Origin: an uncultured virus (IMG/VR IMGVR_UViG_3300022562_000410)
Taxonomy: Duplodnaviria > Heunggongvirae > Uroviricota > Caudoviricetes
DNA length: 64,000 nucleotides
Virus record (IMG/VR): IMGVR_UViG_3300022562_000410
Reading direction: 5' to 3' (one strand)
Below the pieces are notes generated by a model, which was given only the letters and a program-made list of their open reading frames with translations, was not told the DNA's origin and did not search any database. Below are positions 9,563 through 19,536 of the stretch, piece after piece. Position 1 is the stretch's first letter. Every line of letters begins with the position of its first letter. The position numbers and the translations under genes were made by a program.

Positions 9563-9998
9563 TCTGGAAAGGCTCCTTTCAAGCCAAGACGTTTTGATCT
9601 CGTTGTGGAAAAGGGTTTCCGAGTTGAGCCAAGCAAACGATGATCTGGTGGTGGAGAACTTGGATTTGCAGCGCAAGGTGGATGAGCTGGAGCAGTGGAA
9701 GAAAGATGGCAAGCCCCATCGTCCCACCCCGTTCACCAGCTACCTCGATTGCTTCGAGGCGGTGCTTAATGGTGCGACATTGTCTGACGCAGCGAAACCG
9801 TTTCGCTTCAGTGGACCATGGGCAAAGTCTGCGATCTGTCGGTGTGTTCGGGTGTTGCCCCGCTTGCTTGACTCCCCCCGAGCATGGGGCTATGCGAGCG
9901 AGAGCGGCAGGATCACGGTTCGGGCGGTTCGCAGTAACAAGGATTTCTGGTTAACCATGATCAATGAGTACAGAGAGAAGGAGTTGAGTAATGGATAG
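9540..9998 (+). CDS. Hypothetical protein (coiled coil, possible HTH)
   Basis: AAGGAG SD upstream; operon packing. Confidence 0.55.
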   Translation: MGKPTLGDLERLLSSQDVLISLWKRVSELSQANDDLVVENLDLQRKVDELEQWKKDGKPHRPTPFTSYLDCFEAVLNGATLSDAAKPFRFSGPWAKSAICRCVRVLPRLLDSPRAWGYASESGRITVRAVRSNKDFWLTMINEYREKELSNG

Positions 9999-10434
9999 AT
10001 ACCAAGTTTCAGAGAGCGCCAACGGCCCGTGGATCGAGCTGGTGGTAACCAACAACCCGGCGCAGGCACTGGCCAAGGCGCGGGCCAGCTTTGACTGGCC
10101 GATCATCTGGGTGGCGAAGATGCGCCCGATTATGGGCGTGGACCTGCTGCCGCCTTCCGAGGTGTTCTGGGCCGACACGATGGAGCGCATGGCGATTCTG
10201 TATGGCAACACCACGGTCGACGAGTTGGAGCCCCTAATGAGTGAGCAGACCTTTGAGTACCTCTCTACGGCCCTCACAGGCGCTCTGCTGGATGCGGAGG
10301 TGGAAATCCTTGCCCCAGATGTGAAACGGGCGTATGGGGCAGATCAGGCGGTCAAGGCCACTGATTTTCTCGAAGACGGCCCCGAGATTCAGAAGCTGAA
10401 GCGGAAACCAAGCCTGAAGGAGCTGCTGGGATGA
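9991..10434 (+). CDS. Hypothetical protein
   Basis: AAGGAG SD; overlaps with neighbours. Confidence 0.65.
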   Translation: MDRYQVSESANGPWIELVVTNNPAQALAKARASFDWPIIWVAKMRPIMGVDLLPPSEVFWADTMERMAILYGNTTVDELEPLMSEQTFEYLSTALTGALLDAEVEILAPDVKRAYGADQAVKATDFLEDGPEIQKLKRKPSLKELLG

Positions 10435-10649
10435 AATGGAACGAGCCAGCGGCCTTCTCGCATGAGCAGTGGAAAGAGTGCCGGGATCGGATCGACGATG
10501 CACGGCTGGCGCACCTGACGATCCGCGATCCCAATACCGGTGAGTACTGGACCTATTCCGGTCTGGTCTCGAAAGAGACCGCAGGTAAGTTGGTTGACGC
10601 CTATATCTTCGCTGGCCCGGATATGCAGGGAGAGCTGGACCTTGGATAG
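10431..10649 (+). CDS. Hypothetical protein
   Basis: ATGA overlap; AAGGAG SD. Confidence 0.6.
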   Translation: MKWNEPAAFSHEQWKECRDRIDDARLAHLTIRDPNTGEYWTYSGLVSKETAGKLVDAYIFAGPDMQGELDLG

Positions 10650-10798
10650 GAAGGAGAGCAATCGGAAGCGCATGCCGAACGTGGCCGACCTGATCGACGA
10701 GATCAGAGAAGCTAATCCCAGCCTGACCTTCAAAGTAATTGCTGCGGAGGACTTCGAGACTGGGGTCAAGGTCGGACAGTTTGAGGAGGAACGAGAGC

Positions 10799-10996
10799 AT
10801 GAACGATGAGCAGAAAGCCGCTTACGTGATGGCGCAAGCAGCCTGCGCGTTGATCGAGGCGCAAGGGATGGTGGCAGTCAACAAAACACGTGAGCTGCGT
10901 GGCGAATCACTGGCCTATGTGGAGGAAGACTTCATGGCAGTGATCAACAAGTATGGCATCGACCACAATTCAGTTCTGGGTACCTTCTATGAATGA
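10799..10996 (+). CDS. Hypothetical protein
   Basis: GAGGAGG SD; MNDEQKAAYV... Confidence 0.6.
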   Translation: MNDEQKAAYVMAQAACALIEAQGMVAVNKTRELRGESLAYVEEDFMAVINKYGIDHNSVLGTFYE

Positions 10997-11675
10997 AGAA
11001 GCCTATGTGGCCTACCACGGGTGGGTCTACCTGAAGAATGCCATCAACAGCCACCAGTACGGCCTGAGGGTGCTGCTCAAGCTGTGTCATGAGGATGATC
11101 TGAAGGTCTTCGAGGGCCTGCAGAAACACCGCAAGAACCGGGCGGGCAGCGGGGCCTTCCGGGTAATGACCCGGCTCAGCGGTCGAGAGGATTGGTACGG
11201 CCCGGTTGACATGCTCTTCATCACATGGAGCCACTCAGTCACTGGTGGCGCTGTGATCACTTTTGAACTGGATGACCAGCAGGAGTGGGAGGCGATCCGG
11301 GCTAGGCCAGCGCTGATGGGTGGCACCGATGAGGCCGCGCTCGACAAGATCGAGATGATGATGATCGAGCTGGACGACGAGGGGAAGGTAGTCGACGTCA
11401 AGCAGCGAGCCAAGCTGGAGGCTATGGCCCGGAAGCGGAAGTGGCCTAAAGGCGGGCCACAGAGCAAACGCGCAGCCCGCCTATGCCAAGACCCGGAGTT
11501 CAAGCTGTGGCTGGGGCATCGCATGGACTGGCAGGAGGTGGATACCGCGAAGGCAGCAGATTGGATGCGACGGGAGTGTGATCTCGACACCAGAGCGCAA
11601 TTGGATCACGACCCAGCGGCCCTGCAGCGGTTCGAGGATCGCGTGGCGAAGCCTTTCTTGAGGACGCAGCTATGA
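10989..11675 (+). CDS. Hypothetical phage protein
   Basis: Long ORF with coupled overlaps; C-terminal AARLCQDPEF...CDLDTRAQLD. Confidence 0.7.
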   Translation: MNEEAYVAYHGWVYLKNAINSHQYGLRVLLKLCHEDDLKVFEGLQKHRKNRAGSGAFRVMTRLSGREDWYGPVDMLFITWSHSVTGGAVITFELDDQQEWEAIRARPALMGGTDEAALDKIEMMMIELDDEGKVVDVKQRAKLEAMARKRKWPKGGPQSKRAARLCQDPEFKLWLGHRMDWQEVDTAKAADWMRRECDLDTRAQLDHDPAALQRFEDRVAKPFLRTQL

Positions 11676-12007
11676 TCGACAAGTACACCCACTGGGACCA
11701 TATCAGGGGCTTGGGCTGCTGTATCTCCTGCACCAACATCGATGTGACGATTCACCACTGCCACAGCGGCAGCATCACAGAATACTTCGGGCTGGTCGGT
11801 TGGGCCATGCGCCAGAGTGACATGCTGGTGATCCCGCTGGCAGCAAAGTTCCATACGGGCTGCTACGGAATCGACAGCAGCTTCGGTGTCCTTGCATGGG
11901 AGCAGCAGTTCGGCACGCAGATCGACCATCTGAGGCGTGTCGCAGTTCAGATCAGGATGCTGTATGGCTACGACATATTCGAGGAAGCGGGAGTTCCGTC
12001 GCCGTGA
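11672..12007 (+). CDS. Ref/DUF968-like HNH-type nuclease
   Basis: GCCISC, IHH, VIPLAAKFHTG, WEQQFGTQ. Confidence 0.65.
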   Translation: MIDKYTHWDHIRGLGCCISCTNIDVTIHHCHSGSITEYFGLVGWAMRQSDMLVIPLAAKFHTGCYGIDSSFGVLAWEQQFGTQIDHLRRVAVQIRMLYGYDIFEEAGVPSP

Positions 12008-12489
12008 GGTATGAAACCCCAGAAGACAGGGCGCGACAGGCTAGATTAAAACCTTGGCTTGAGTGGTTATTGATCGATGCCAATGGGTGGCCGATTACCG
12101 TCAAAGAGACGGCGCGGTTTCCTGCTGAATCACACGACTTTGAATTCCACTCAGATAAGGGTGTGGTTGGGGTAGCGGAAGCGAAATGCCGCAAGGGCAA
12201 GTACACAGAGGCTTACTTTAAGCGTGAGGGGCTTCTGGTGGAGCGGGAGCGATTCGAGGCCCTGAAGGGCGCATGGTTTGACATCGGTGCTCTGGTTTTG
12301 CTCGTTTTGATGACCGCAGACAATAAGATTTACGTGATTTCGTTCAACGAGTTGGAGCCGCTTATACCAAAGTTAAGACTGGTTGGAAGTTGGATGTTGA
12401 AGGATGATCACGGGAGGAAGAAAACCGACAAGTCTGGATACATTCTTCCGCTAAAACACATGACGTACTTAGGAGAATGTGATGAGTAA
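12004..12489 (+). CDS. Putative PD-(D/E)XK nuclease
   Basis: HDF...VAEAKCR motif; GTGA overlap. Confidence 0.55.
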   Translation: MRYETPEDRARQARLKPWLEWLLIDANGWPITVKETARFPAESHDFEFHSDKGVVGVAEAKCRKGKYTEAYFKREGLLVERERFEALKGAWFDIGALVLLVLMTADNKIYVISFNELEPLIPKLRLVGSWMLKDDHGRKKTDKSGYILPLKHMTYLGECDE

Positions 12490-12907
12490 AGCGATAGCTG
12501 CGATAGTGGGATACTGGGTTGAGCGAGGTGGCTTTGAGCTGATGGTAGAGGTGGTCCCAAAAGGGCATGGGAGGGGTCTTCAGCCGAGCGCTAGAATCAA
12601 GATCAGGAGGTCAGGGAAGCGCCCGTGGAACTTTCTCATGGTGCGCTTCAGTGCTGAGCATAATCATGAGGTGATCGACAGATTCCCGTTGCTTGTGCTG
12701 GATACCCAGAAGGATTATGGGGCCGTTCAAGGTATGTTGTACTACTTTGTTTCAACAGACCTTGATAGGGCGTTTGTTATCGACCCAAAGAAGGCGGCTG
12801 GGGTCACTAGCCATACGTACAGTCTCAACGGTGATCAGGTAGAGATGGCTGTAGCCCCCCGCAACAACTGGAAGGTTATTAATCTATGGGAGAAAGGCCA
12901 TGAGTAA
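12479..12907 (+). CDS. Hypothetical protein
   Basis: AGGAG SD; operon packing. Confidence 0.55.
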   Translation: MMSKAIAAIVGYWVERGGFELMVEVVPKGHGRGLQPSARIKIRRSGKRPWNFLMVRFSAEHNHEVIDRFPLLVLDTQKDYGAVQGMLYYFVSTDLDRAFVIDPKKAAGVTSHTYSLNGDQVEMAVAPRNNWKVINLWEKGHE

Positions 12908-13349
12908 CTTGAACAAGGCAATGTTGATCGGGAGGCTGGGGCAGGACCCGGAAACACGTTACACCGCATCTGGTGCAGCAATAACCAATATCAGTCTGGC
13001 TACCAGCGAACGCTGGCGCGACAAGCAGACGGGCGAACAGCAGGAGAAAACGGAATGGCACCGGTTGGTGTTTTTCGGTCGTCTGGCCGAGGTGGCCGGG
13101 GAATATCTGCGTAAGGGCGATCTGATATACGTGGACGGGCGGCTGCAGACTGATAAGTGGGAGGACCAAGACGGCGTCACTCGCTATACTACGAAAATCG
13201 TGGCCAGCAACCTGCAGATGCTGTCCGGTAAGAAGGAAGGTCAGAAGCAGGAGGCCAAGAGTGGCGGTTTCAGAGACAAGAAGCCCGCCGAGCAGTCTCC
13301 GCAGCGCGAGCTGGAAGATGAGTTTACGGACGACGACATCCCATTCTGA
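12900..13349 (+). CDS. ssb: Single-stranded DNA-binding protein
   Basis: [21 protein letters not shown]-terminal DDDIPF. Confidence 0.97.
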   Translation: MSNLNKAMLIGRLGQDPETRYTASGAAITNISLATSERWRDKQTGEQQEKTEWHRLVFFGRLAEVAGEYLRKGDLIYVDGRLQTDKWEDQDGVTRYTTKIVASNLQMLSGKKEGQKQEAKSGGFRDKKPAEQSPQRELEDEFTDDDIPF

Positions 13350-14173
13350 TGGCAGGTAAGAAAGTCAAGAAGGTCAACTTAAGGGAATTGCTAGGGGAGA
13401 GGCAGTCCAATGCAGAACTATATCGAGACGACCCGGAAAAACGAAAGCACCACGAGCGGCATCGAACGCCACGGCACCGGCTGATCACACCGAAAGGATC
13501 GGACTACATCCCATTAGCCGTCAATGTCGAGCGCGATATTAAGCTCAATGAGCTGGCTCGTGAATTCATCAGCAACGGCATGGACAAGGTTAAGGCTGTG
13601 GCGGCAGTGTTCGGGATTTCCATAGGCGCTGCCCGTAACCAGAAGTACATGCAGATTTTCGATTCCACGAGTTTCCGCAAGAAGATCGTGGATATGATGT
13701 ATGGTCACGATGACAAGCTGATTGAGCCCGCCAAAGACTTTGCGATCCAGCGCTACATGTCCATGCTGAACCTGAACATCCTCGACTTCTTTGATGATGA
13801 TGGGAACTGGCTATCGATCTCCGAGATGCGCCACCTGCCTCCAGAGATGCAGATTCTGATCAGCGCCGTGAGCGTTAAGACCATTTCCCGCAAGGTGCCT
13901 TTGACGGATAATAAAGGCGAGGTCATCAGGGGTGTGGATGGCCAGCCCGTCACGGTCGAGCATGTTGAGCAGTACGTCACCAACCTCAACCTGCCGGACA
14001 AACAGAAGACCATGGAGAAGTTCAGCCAGTTGATGGGCTGGATCATCACCCATCACGAACACCTCCATGCACATGCCTTTGCTTCCGATCTGATGATCGC
14101 AGCAGAGGCTCGTATTCGGGAGAGGAAACAACGTGAAATTGAAGGCTCTGCAGAGCGAATATCCACAGATTGA
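13349..14173 (+). CDS. Putative terminase small subunit
   Basis: Upstream of terL; NILDFFDDDG and LPDKQKTMEK resemble TerS C-terminal motifs. Confidence 0.6.
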   Translation: MAGKKVKKVNLRELLGERQSNAELYRDDPEKRKHHERHRTPRHRLITPKGSDYIPLAVNVERDIKLNELAREFISNGMDKVKAVAAVFGISIGAARNQKYMQIFDSTSFRKKIVDMMYGHDDKLIEPAKDFAIQRYMSMLNLNILDFFDDDGNWLSISEMRHLPPEMQILISAVSVKTISRKVPLTDNKGEVIRGVDGQPVTVEHVEQYVTNLNLPDKQKTMEKFSQLMGWIITHHEHLHAHAFASDLMIAAEARIRERKQREIEGSAERISTD

Positions 14174-14381
14174 TGCAGTGATGGAGTATGACGACTCCCC
14201 GGAGTTTGCTGCTGATCTGATTGAAGAGTGCGCCAAGCGGTTCACCAAGCAGCAGATCGCTGCTCACGTTGGTATCTCCCGGCGCTACCTGTCCTACATG
14301 AAGCAACGCGGCATCAAGAGCTTCCCGATCCAGTTAGCGCTTGAGATCATGGCTGGCAGGAAGGTCCTTGGGGATCAATGA
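14133..14381 (+). CDS. Small helix-turn-helix protein
   Basis: TKQQIAAHVGISRRYLSYM. Confidence 0.7.
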   Translation: MKLKALQSEYPQIDAVMEYDDSPEFAADLIEECAKRFTKQQIAAHVGISRRYLSYMKQRGIKSFPIQLALEIMAGRKVLGDQ

Positions 14382-15859
14382 GCGCGGGGACTCGCCCCCA
14401 GTTCAGGAACGATGATGAGGCAGAGGAGTTTGCCGATTGGATCATGTCGTTCCAAGACGATCCGTACGAATGGGTCCTTGCCATCTATCCTTGGGGCGAA
14501 CCGGGCACGGCGCTGGCGCATTATGACGGCCCTGATGACTGGCAGACGGAGGTGCTGCAGGGTGTTGCCGCAGAGCTGAAGGCGGGCAAGACCCAGATAA
14601 GGGTGGCTGTCAGTTCAGGCCACGGCATCGGCAAGACCGCTCTCGTTGCTTGGCTCATCCACTGGTTCATTTCCACCCACCCACATCCCCAGATCGTCGT
14701 CACGGCCAACACTGGCCAGCAGCTCACCAACAAGACGTGGCGTGAGCTGGCCAAGTGGAAGAACTACGCCATCAATGGTTGGATGTTCGAATGGACAGCG
14801 ACCAGCTATCGCTACAAGAGCGAAGAGGCCACATGGTTTGCCACGGCCACCAAGTGGTCGGCCCACAGCTCCGAGGCTTTCGCCGGGACGCACGAAGAAG
14901 ACATGAAGGTCATGATGGTGTTCGACGAAGCTTCTGGCATCGACGACATTATCTGGGAGGTTGCTGCAGGCGCTTTCACTACGGGTGGTCTCTGGTTCGC
15001 ATTCGGCAACCCGACCCGGAACACTGGCAGGTTCTACGAGGCAGCATTCGGGCGGCACCGTAAACGCTGGACAACCTACGTCATCGACTCGCGCAGAGCG
15101 AAGATGGCCAATCGTGAACTGATCGAAGAGTGGAAAGAGGACTGGGGCGAGGACAGTGACTACTTCAGGGTGCGCGTCAGGGGCTTGCCGCCGAAGCAAG
15201 GGCCGCTGCAGTTCATCAGCTCCGCCGTGGTCGATCTCGCAATAGCCCGTGAGATTCCACCAGAGGCGCTCTCAGACCGTATCCCTAGGATCATGGGGTT
15301 TGATGTGGCCAGACAGGGCGACGACGTCTCAGCGATCGTCATACGGCACGGCAGGAAGGTCATCGAGCTGGCGGATGGTGGTTACATCAAGCGGTTCCAG
15401 ATCAGGGACATTACCCAGCTCTGCCACCACGTGGCCAAGATCATCAACGAGAACTACCCAGACATGATCGTGGTGGATGGTACTGGTATCGGGGCCGGTG
15501 CAGTGGATTACCTCCGCCTGCTGGGCTATGACAATGTGATCGAGGCCCATGGCGGGGAAAGCGCCAGTGACCAGAAGGTATTTCTGAATAAGCGGATTGA
15601 AATGTGGGATAGGATGAGGCAATGGTTGGAAGGGGCCGACATTCCTGACGACCCCCAGCTTGCCGTTGACTTGACGACTCCTGAGTTTGCATTCGAGCAG
15701 AAGTCGCAGAAGATGAAGCTGGAGAGTAAAGAGGACATGAAAAAAAGAGGGGCGGACTCACCGGACAGCGGCGATGCGCTGGCCCTGACGTTTTATCATC
15801 AGGCTCCGAGTAAGTCCGCCCTCTTCACTGAGTCAAGCGCTGAACCGGAAGTGGTCTAG
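14378..15859 (+). CDS. terL: Terminase large subunit
   Basis: SGHGIGKT Walker A, VFDEA Walker B, GNP, GFDVAR and DSGDAL nuclease acidic residues. Confidence 0.95.
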   Translation: MSAGTRPQFRNDDEAEEFADWIMSFQDDPYEWVLAIYPWGEPGTALAHYDGPDDWQTEVLQGVAAELKAGKTQIRVAVSSGHGIGKTALVAWLIHWFISTHPHPQIVVTANTGQQLTNKTWRELAKWKNYAINGWMFEWTATSYRYKSEEATWFATATKWSAHSSEAFAGTHEEDMKVMMVFDEASGIDDIIWEVAAGAFTTGGLWFAFGNPTRNTGRFYEAAFGRHRKRWTTYVIDSRRAKMANRELIEEWKEDWGEDSDYFRVRVRGLPPKQGPLQFISSAVVDLAIAREIPPEALSDRIPRIMGFDVARQGDDVSAIVIRHGRKVIELADGGYIKRFQIRDITQLCHHVAKIINENYPDMIVVDGTGIGAGAVDYLRLLGYDNVIEAHGGESASDQKVFLNKRIEMWDRMRQWLEGADIPDDPQLAVDLTTPEFAFEQKSQKMKLESKEDMKKRGADSPDSGDALALTFYHQAPSKSALFTESSAEPEVV

Positions 15860-16227
15860 CTTTCCCGGCCAGTCTTGACCTTCGTGAACACCCCGATATA
15901 GAGCTGGAACTGGCCACGGTCTGTGATCCCGTAGCCATGGGCGGCGTCGAGCTTGTTGACGAACTGCCTGACGGTCAGTGCCGGTTCGTCTTCCTGACCG
16001 AACCCGGAAGCGTCGCAGAACAGTTCTTCTTCGATCTCCCAGCCCTTCGGGATGTGATCGCCGAGCAGGGGGATTTGCTTGAGCAGCGCAGGGATTTCGC
16101 CCCGCTCCACCTGAGCCTTGGCATCCGCCAGCTCGTAGTCCCAGAACATCTTGGGGTAAAGACCTCGCTGGGCGGCTTGAGCGCCAGCCTCAGCAGACAT
16201 GGCCTTGATGGTTTGCAGTGACATCAT
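15856..16227 (-). CDS. Hypothetical protein
   Basis: GAGGAG SD; converges on the terL stop. Confidence 0.7.
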   Translation of the reverse strand: MMSLQTIKAMSAEAGAQAAQRGLYPKMFWDYELADAKAQVERGEIPALLKQIPLLGDHIPKGWEIEEELFCDASGFGQEDEPALTVRQFVNKLDAAHGYGITDRGQFQLYIGVFTKVKTGRES

Positions 16228-16409
16228 GAGCAATTACTCCTCTCTTTGGTGGTGTGCTCCAGATGGTGTTCGACCATCTTTCGCAGTGTGTTAGTGCAGT
16301 TCGATGAGAACGTCTTCCCGTCTACGGTGACGACGTAAGTGTCGCCACCAATGAAACGGGCATACGTGCTCACCAGCCAGAACGCATGGTTGTAGAATGG
16401 GCTATCCAT
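16224..16409 (-). CDS. Hypothetical protein
   Basis: GGAGG SD; coupled overlaps. Confidence 0.55.
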   Translation of the reverse strand: MDSPFYNHAFWLVSTYARFIGGDTYVVTVDGKTFSSNCTNTLRKMVEHHLEHTTKERSNCS

Positions 16410-17298
16410 TGTCCCAATCCTCCAGCGAGCTGGCGATCTCGTACAGGCGCTGACGCTCGGCCTCCTGCCGTTCTATCATGGCGTCCATCCGGGTGCGGTC
16501 CATGTAGTGCTCGACCTTGGCCCGGATCAGGCGATCGAGGTAGCGGGGCTCCAGCGCATCCAGCTCCCAACTGTTGTGGCCGAACCGGGCGATGTAATCA
16601 GTCGCCCGAGAGTCGGTCAGTTTGGCCGGGTTTGGCGGTGGGTCCAGTTCATCGATCTGATCCATGTTCAGCGCAATCCGCTCGACCTCCACGGCCCCGG
16701 AGTACCGACTGAACATGTCCAGTCGATCACCGTTGTCGCGAGTCATGTCGATACCAGACGGGTCGTGGTCTCCCAAGTGCAGCAGGATAACCGGCTGGTT
16801 GTTCCTGCGGTACGTGAGAAAGCGCACACCAGCTTTTCTCTGCTCGGACTGGGATACATAGCCCCGGCACGAGAAGAACGGCACGTCGAGGTCCCGACAG
16901 GGCTTCTCGACGACACCAGCCAGCGCTTCTTTTTCGATCCAGACCTCGACCCGGTAGGGTTGATCCGCCCACAGATCAATTCGGTATCCAGCCGCAGCCG
17001 AGTGAATGATGTGAGCGGGGTCTTCCCAGTGGGGATTGATCTGCAGGTTGCGCGTACGATCCTCGATAGCTTCCCAGTCGATCAGGCCAGCCAGCCGCCC
17101 GTCACTGATGATGGTGCCCAGCCGCTTGTAGTTGCGTTGGGAATTCGCCATCAGATCGCGGGCAACGAACTGGTAGTACAACTGGCGCAGGGTGAGCACG
17201 AACCCATCATCCATGTATTCCCGGATGATCTGATTCGCTTGCTCGATGACCTGCAGGGTGGGCGCAGCGAAGTTGAACGATTGGTACTTGAACTTCAT
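16402..17298 (-). CDS. Topoisomerase VI subunit A/Spo11-like wHTH plus TOPRIM protein
   Basis: LTLRQLYYQ, VEVWIEKEAL, RGY, LGDHDPSG, WELDAL. Confidence 0.8.
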   Translation of the reverse strand: MKFKYQSFNFAAPTLQVIEQANQIIREYMDDGFVLTLRQLYYQFVARDLMANSQRNYKRLGTIISDGRLAGLIDWEAIEDRTRNLQINPHWEDPAHIIHSAAAGYRIDLWADQPYRVEVWIEKEALAGVVEKPCRDLDVPFFSCRGYVSQSEQRKAGVRFLTYRRNNQPVILLHLGDHDPSGIDMTRDNGDRLDMFSRYSGAVEVERIALNMDQIDELDPPPNPAKLTDSRATDYIARFGHNSWELDALEPRYLDRLIRAKVEHYMDRTRMDAMIERQEAERQRLYEIASSLEDWDNG

Positions 17299-17555
17299 GA
17301 CAGCGCCTCCTTCAGCAGGTTGCGTGCGCCCTTACTGATCGAGACCTTCAGCCCCAGAGAATTCCGGGGCCGAAGCATCTGGCGAGCCAGTGAGGACAGC
17401 GTGAGGCCCTCTAGGGGCCGACATTCCAGTGAACCCTTCACCTTGGTAAGGCGGATACGTGATCCGTCCATATAAACGATCTGGGTCCACTTGGGGCCTT
17501 CCTTGGTGACGACGACCCGGAAGCCGCCGTCCACGAACGCTCTACCGTGGTTCAT
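17295..17555 (-). CDS. Hypothetical basic protein
   Basis: GGAGG SD; ATGA overlap with downstream gene. Confidence 0.65.
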   Translation of the reverse strand: MNHGRAFVDGGFRVVVTKEGPKWTQIVYMDGSRIRLTKVKGSLECRPLEGLTLSSLARQMLRPRNSLGLKVSISKGARNLLKEALS

Positions 17556-17880
17556 TGAGAGCCTCCGCCCATTCGGACCGGTAAGCGGCAGTGATTGTCT
17601 CGCCTTCGTAGTGTGTGACTACGTCTTCGAGCTTGATCGCCCACCAGAACGAAGACCAGCGGCCATAGGTCGGCTCACGGTGCCAGTCGTCGACCCAACG
17701 GGCCAACTTGACCGCCCACAGCTCGCCTTTCGGTGGCCGCTCGCCGCGCAGGGTGTTCTCGATGACGTGCATACCCTCGATGGGCCAGCACTGGTCGTAG
17801 CGCAGCATGTCGATAGGGAACGGGCCGCGCCCCCGGACGATGAACGTCTGGAAGTACGGTGCTCCTTTGTTTCGTTTCAT
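17542..17880 (-). CDS. Hypothetical phage protein
   Basis: AGAGGAG SD after hammerhead A; FPIDMLRYDQCWP. Confidence 0.75.
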   Translation of the reverse strand: MKRNKGAPYFQTFIVRGRGPFPIDMLRYDQCWPIEGMHVIENTLRGERPPKGELWAVKLARWVDDWHREPTYGRWSSFWWAIKLEDVVTHYEGETITAAYRSEWAEALNEPR

Positions 17881-17901
17881 AGCAAATCTCCTCTGTTGAT
17901 G

Positions 17902-17967
17902 TGACCTATCTCATCAGTGGCGGTAGGTCAGCTCCGCCAGACCCCGGTCCTCAGCCGGGGTTTCGAT
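17902..17967 (-). ncRNA. Hammerhead ribozyme A (type II, pseudoknot)
   Basis: AUC-GAAA-CCCCGG[CUGAGGA]CCGGGG-UC^-UGGCGG[AGCUGACCUA]CCGCCA-CUGAUGA-GAU-AGGUCA; predicted cut 17940/17939. Confidence 0.93.
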
Positions 17968-18567
17968 TCACACAATGGCGCTGTCCAGAGCTTCCGTGAT
18001 GGTGGATTTCGCTTCATCGATGTAGCTCTGAAGCTCTTCCTTCCGGCGCTCTTCTTCATCGCGCTCGTGCTGAGCTTTGTTGGCTTCCCAGTCGTTGAGG
18101 TCGGACTGATAGTCCTCGTCGTCGTCATAGTCTTCCGGGTCCGGTTCGGGTTCGTCGAACTCTTCTTCGTCGAAGTCGAATTCATCGATGTAGTCCAGCT
18201 CGCTCTCGACGTTGTCCAGCGCGTCGACGCGCTCCTGCAGCAGCTCACCCGTGGGCGAGTACTGGAGCGACTCGGGCATGTTGTCCAGACTGGACTGCGT
18301 CTCGTCGCGCAGGTCCTCGATCTGGCTGCGAACCTCGTCGACTAGCGTTTCCATGTCAGTCGGGTCCTCAAGCTCAAAGTCTTCGACATACTCCTGCAGA
18401 CTGTAGACGCTGCTGAAGTATGCAGACTGTGTGAGCTGGGAGTTGCGGGGCCGGGTCTTCGAGTAGCGCTTCCCGCCGTAGCGGAACTTCCACCAGAAGT
18501 ACGGCTCACCTGCCTTGACGGCTGGGTTGTCCTTGCGGGCCTTTTTCACGTAATGAACACGTGGCAT
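17968..18567 (-). CDS. Hypothetical protein with basic N-terminus and very acidic C-terminal half
   Basis: Likely start MPRVHY at 18567 after AGAGGAG; DEFDFDEEEFDEPEPDPEDYDDDEDY. Confidence 0.8.
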   Translation of the reverse strand: MPRVHYVKKARKDNPAVKAGEPYFWWKFRYGGKRYSKTRPRNSQLTQSAYFSSVYSLQEYVEDFELEDPTDMETLVDEVRSQIEDLRDETQSSLDNMPESLQYSPTGELLQERVDALDNVESELDYIDEFDFDEEEFDEPEPDPEDYDDDEDYQSDLNDWEANKAQHERDEEERRKEELQSYIDEAKSTITEALDSAIV

Positions 18568-18590
18568 GGTGTATCTCCTCTGTTGATGAT

Positions 18591-18658
18591 GATCCTGTCT
18601 CTTCAGAGTGGGTAGGATCGGATTCCCACTGACCCCGGTCCTCAGCCGGGGTTTCGAC
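18591..18658 (-). ncRNA. Hammerhead ribozyme B (type II, pseudoknot)
   Basis: GUC-GAAA-CCCCGG[CUGAGGA]CCGGGG-UC^-AGUGGG[AAUCCGAUCCUA]CCCACU-CUGAAGA-GAC-AGGAUC; predicted cut 18631/18630. Confidence 0.93.
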
Positions 18659-18659
18659 A

Positions 18660-19448
18660 TTACCCTTCCCAGTCGTCAGCCGTGATGGCGGGCTTCTGGG
18701 GCACGAACCCGGTGACACGGTCCATGAGATCATGGAGGCGGATCGTCCGGGGCATCAACTCGATCAGCGACACGCCCTTGTTGGCGGGCTTCAGGGCCTC
18801 GGTGGCGGCGTTGAACATGCGCCATGCGGTCTGCTCGCCGTGGTCGTAGGACGGCTCGTCCCACTCCTGCACGACCTTACCGACCCGGCTGGGGTTGATC
18901 ACCTCGGACCGCAGCATGTCGACGATGATGTGGTCGGCCTGCCGCTTGTCCTTGATCCGGTACTCGCGATAGTGCTCCCAGCGGGCCTCCTGATTGACCT
19001 TGTAGAGCTGGGTCTGGTTGACCGCATTGCCGATCAGGTCAGGCAGGTCGCGCATGATGTGGACCGTGTGCTTGCGGCTGAAACGAATCTCAGCCGAGAA
19101 CGCAAGGTTGTCACACACGAAGACGTGTGAGCCGAAGCCCATCGCAGCCGGGAAGCTCTTGTCGATCGAGTTCCGAATGCCGACGACCAGCGCGAACTCT
19201 TCCTGAACTGAGCTTCCATTCAGAAGCTCGATCAGGCCGAAGTACCGGGCCTTGTCGTGGGTCAGGCTGTGCGCCTGATTGCCGAAACGAAAGCCCATCG
19301 CCTGCAGCCGCTCTTCGGCCATATCCACGACGGTCTGGTGACCGACCGGAAAGTAGGTGTCCGTAGCCGGAGGCAGGACGATTCCTTCAAGCTCTTCGCG
19401 CTCGACGTGGCTGGCACCGCAGTGCAGCATAAGGTTTGCTCTTGCCAT
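18660..19448 (-). CDS. DUF932-family protein
   Basis: TYFPVGH, GIRNSIDKS, VFVCDNLAF, RKHT, TAWRMFNAATE. Confidence 0.8.
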   Translation of the reverse strand: MARANLMLHCGASHVEREELEGIVLPPATDTYFPVGHQTVVDMAEERLQAMGFRFGNQAHSLTHDKARYFGLIELLNGSSVQEEFALVVGIRNSIDKSFPAAMGFGSHVFVCDNLAFSAEIRFSRKHTVHIMRDLPDLIGNAVNQTQLYKVNQEARWEHYREYRIKDKRQADHIIVDMLRSEVINPSRVGKVVQEWDEPSYDHGEQTAWRMFNAATEALKPANKGVSLIELMPRTIRLHDLMDRVTGFVPQKPAITADDWEG

Positions 19449-19474
19449 GGTAGTTCTCCTCTGTTGAAGTGTGT

Positions 19475-19536
19475 TTGGCAGTCTCTTCAGACCCGGAATG
19501 CCAATCCGGGTGACGCCCCCTCCGGGGCGTTTCGAC
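19475..19536 (-). ncRNA. Hammerhead ribozyme C (type II, pseudoknot)
   Basis: GUC-GAAA-CGCCCC[GGAG]GGGGCG-UC^-ACCCGGA[UUGGCAU]UCCGGGU-CUGAAGA-GAC-UGCCAA; predicted cut 19512/19511. Confidence 0.93.

Noticed and set aside
18568..18660. N-terminal extensions of ORFs 17968..18660 and 19625..19921 in the ORF track
   Set aside because: They run through ribozymes; strong SD sequences mark downstream starts at 18567 and 19837.
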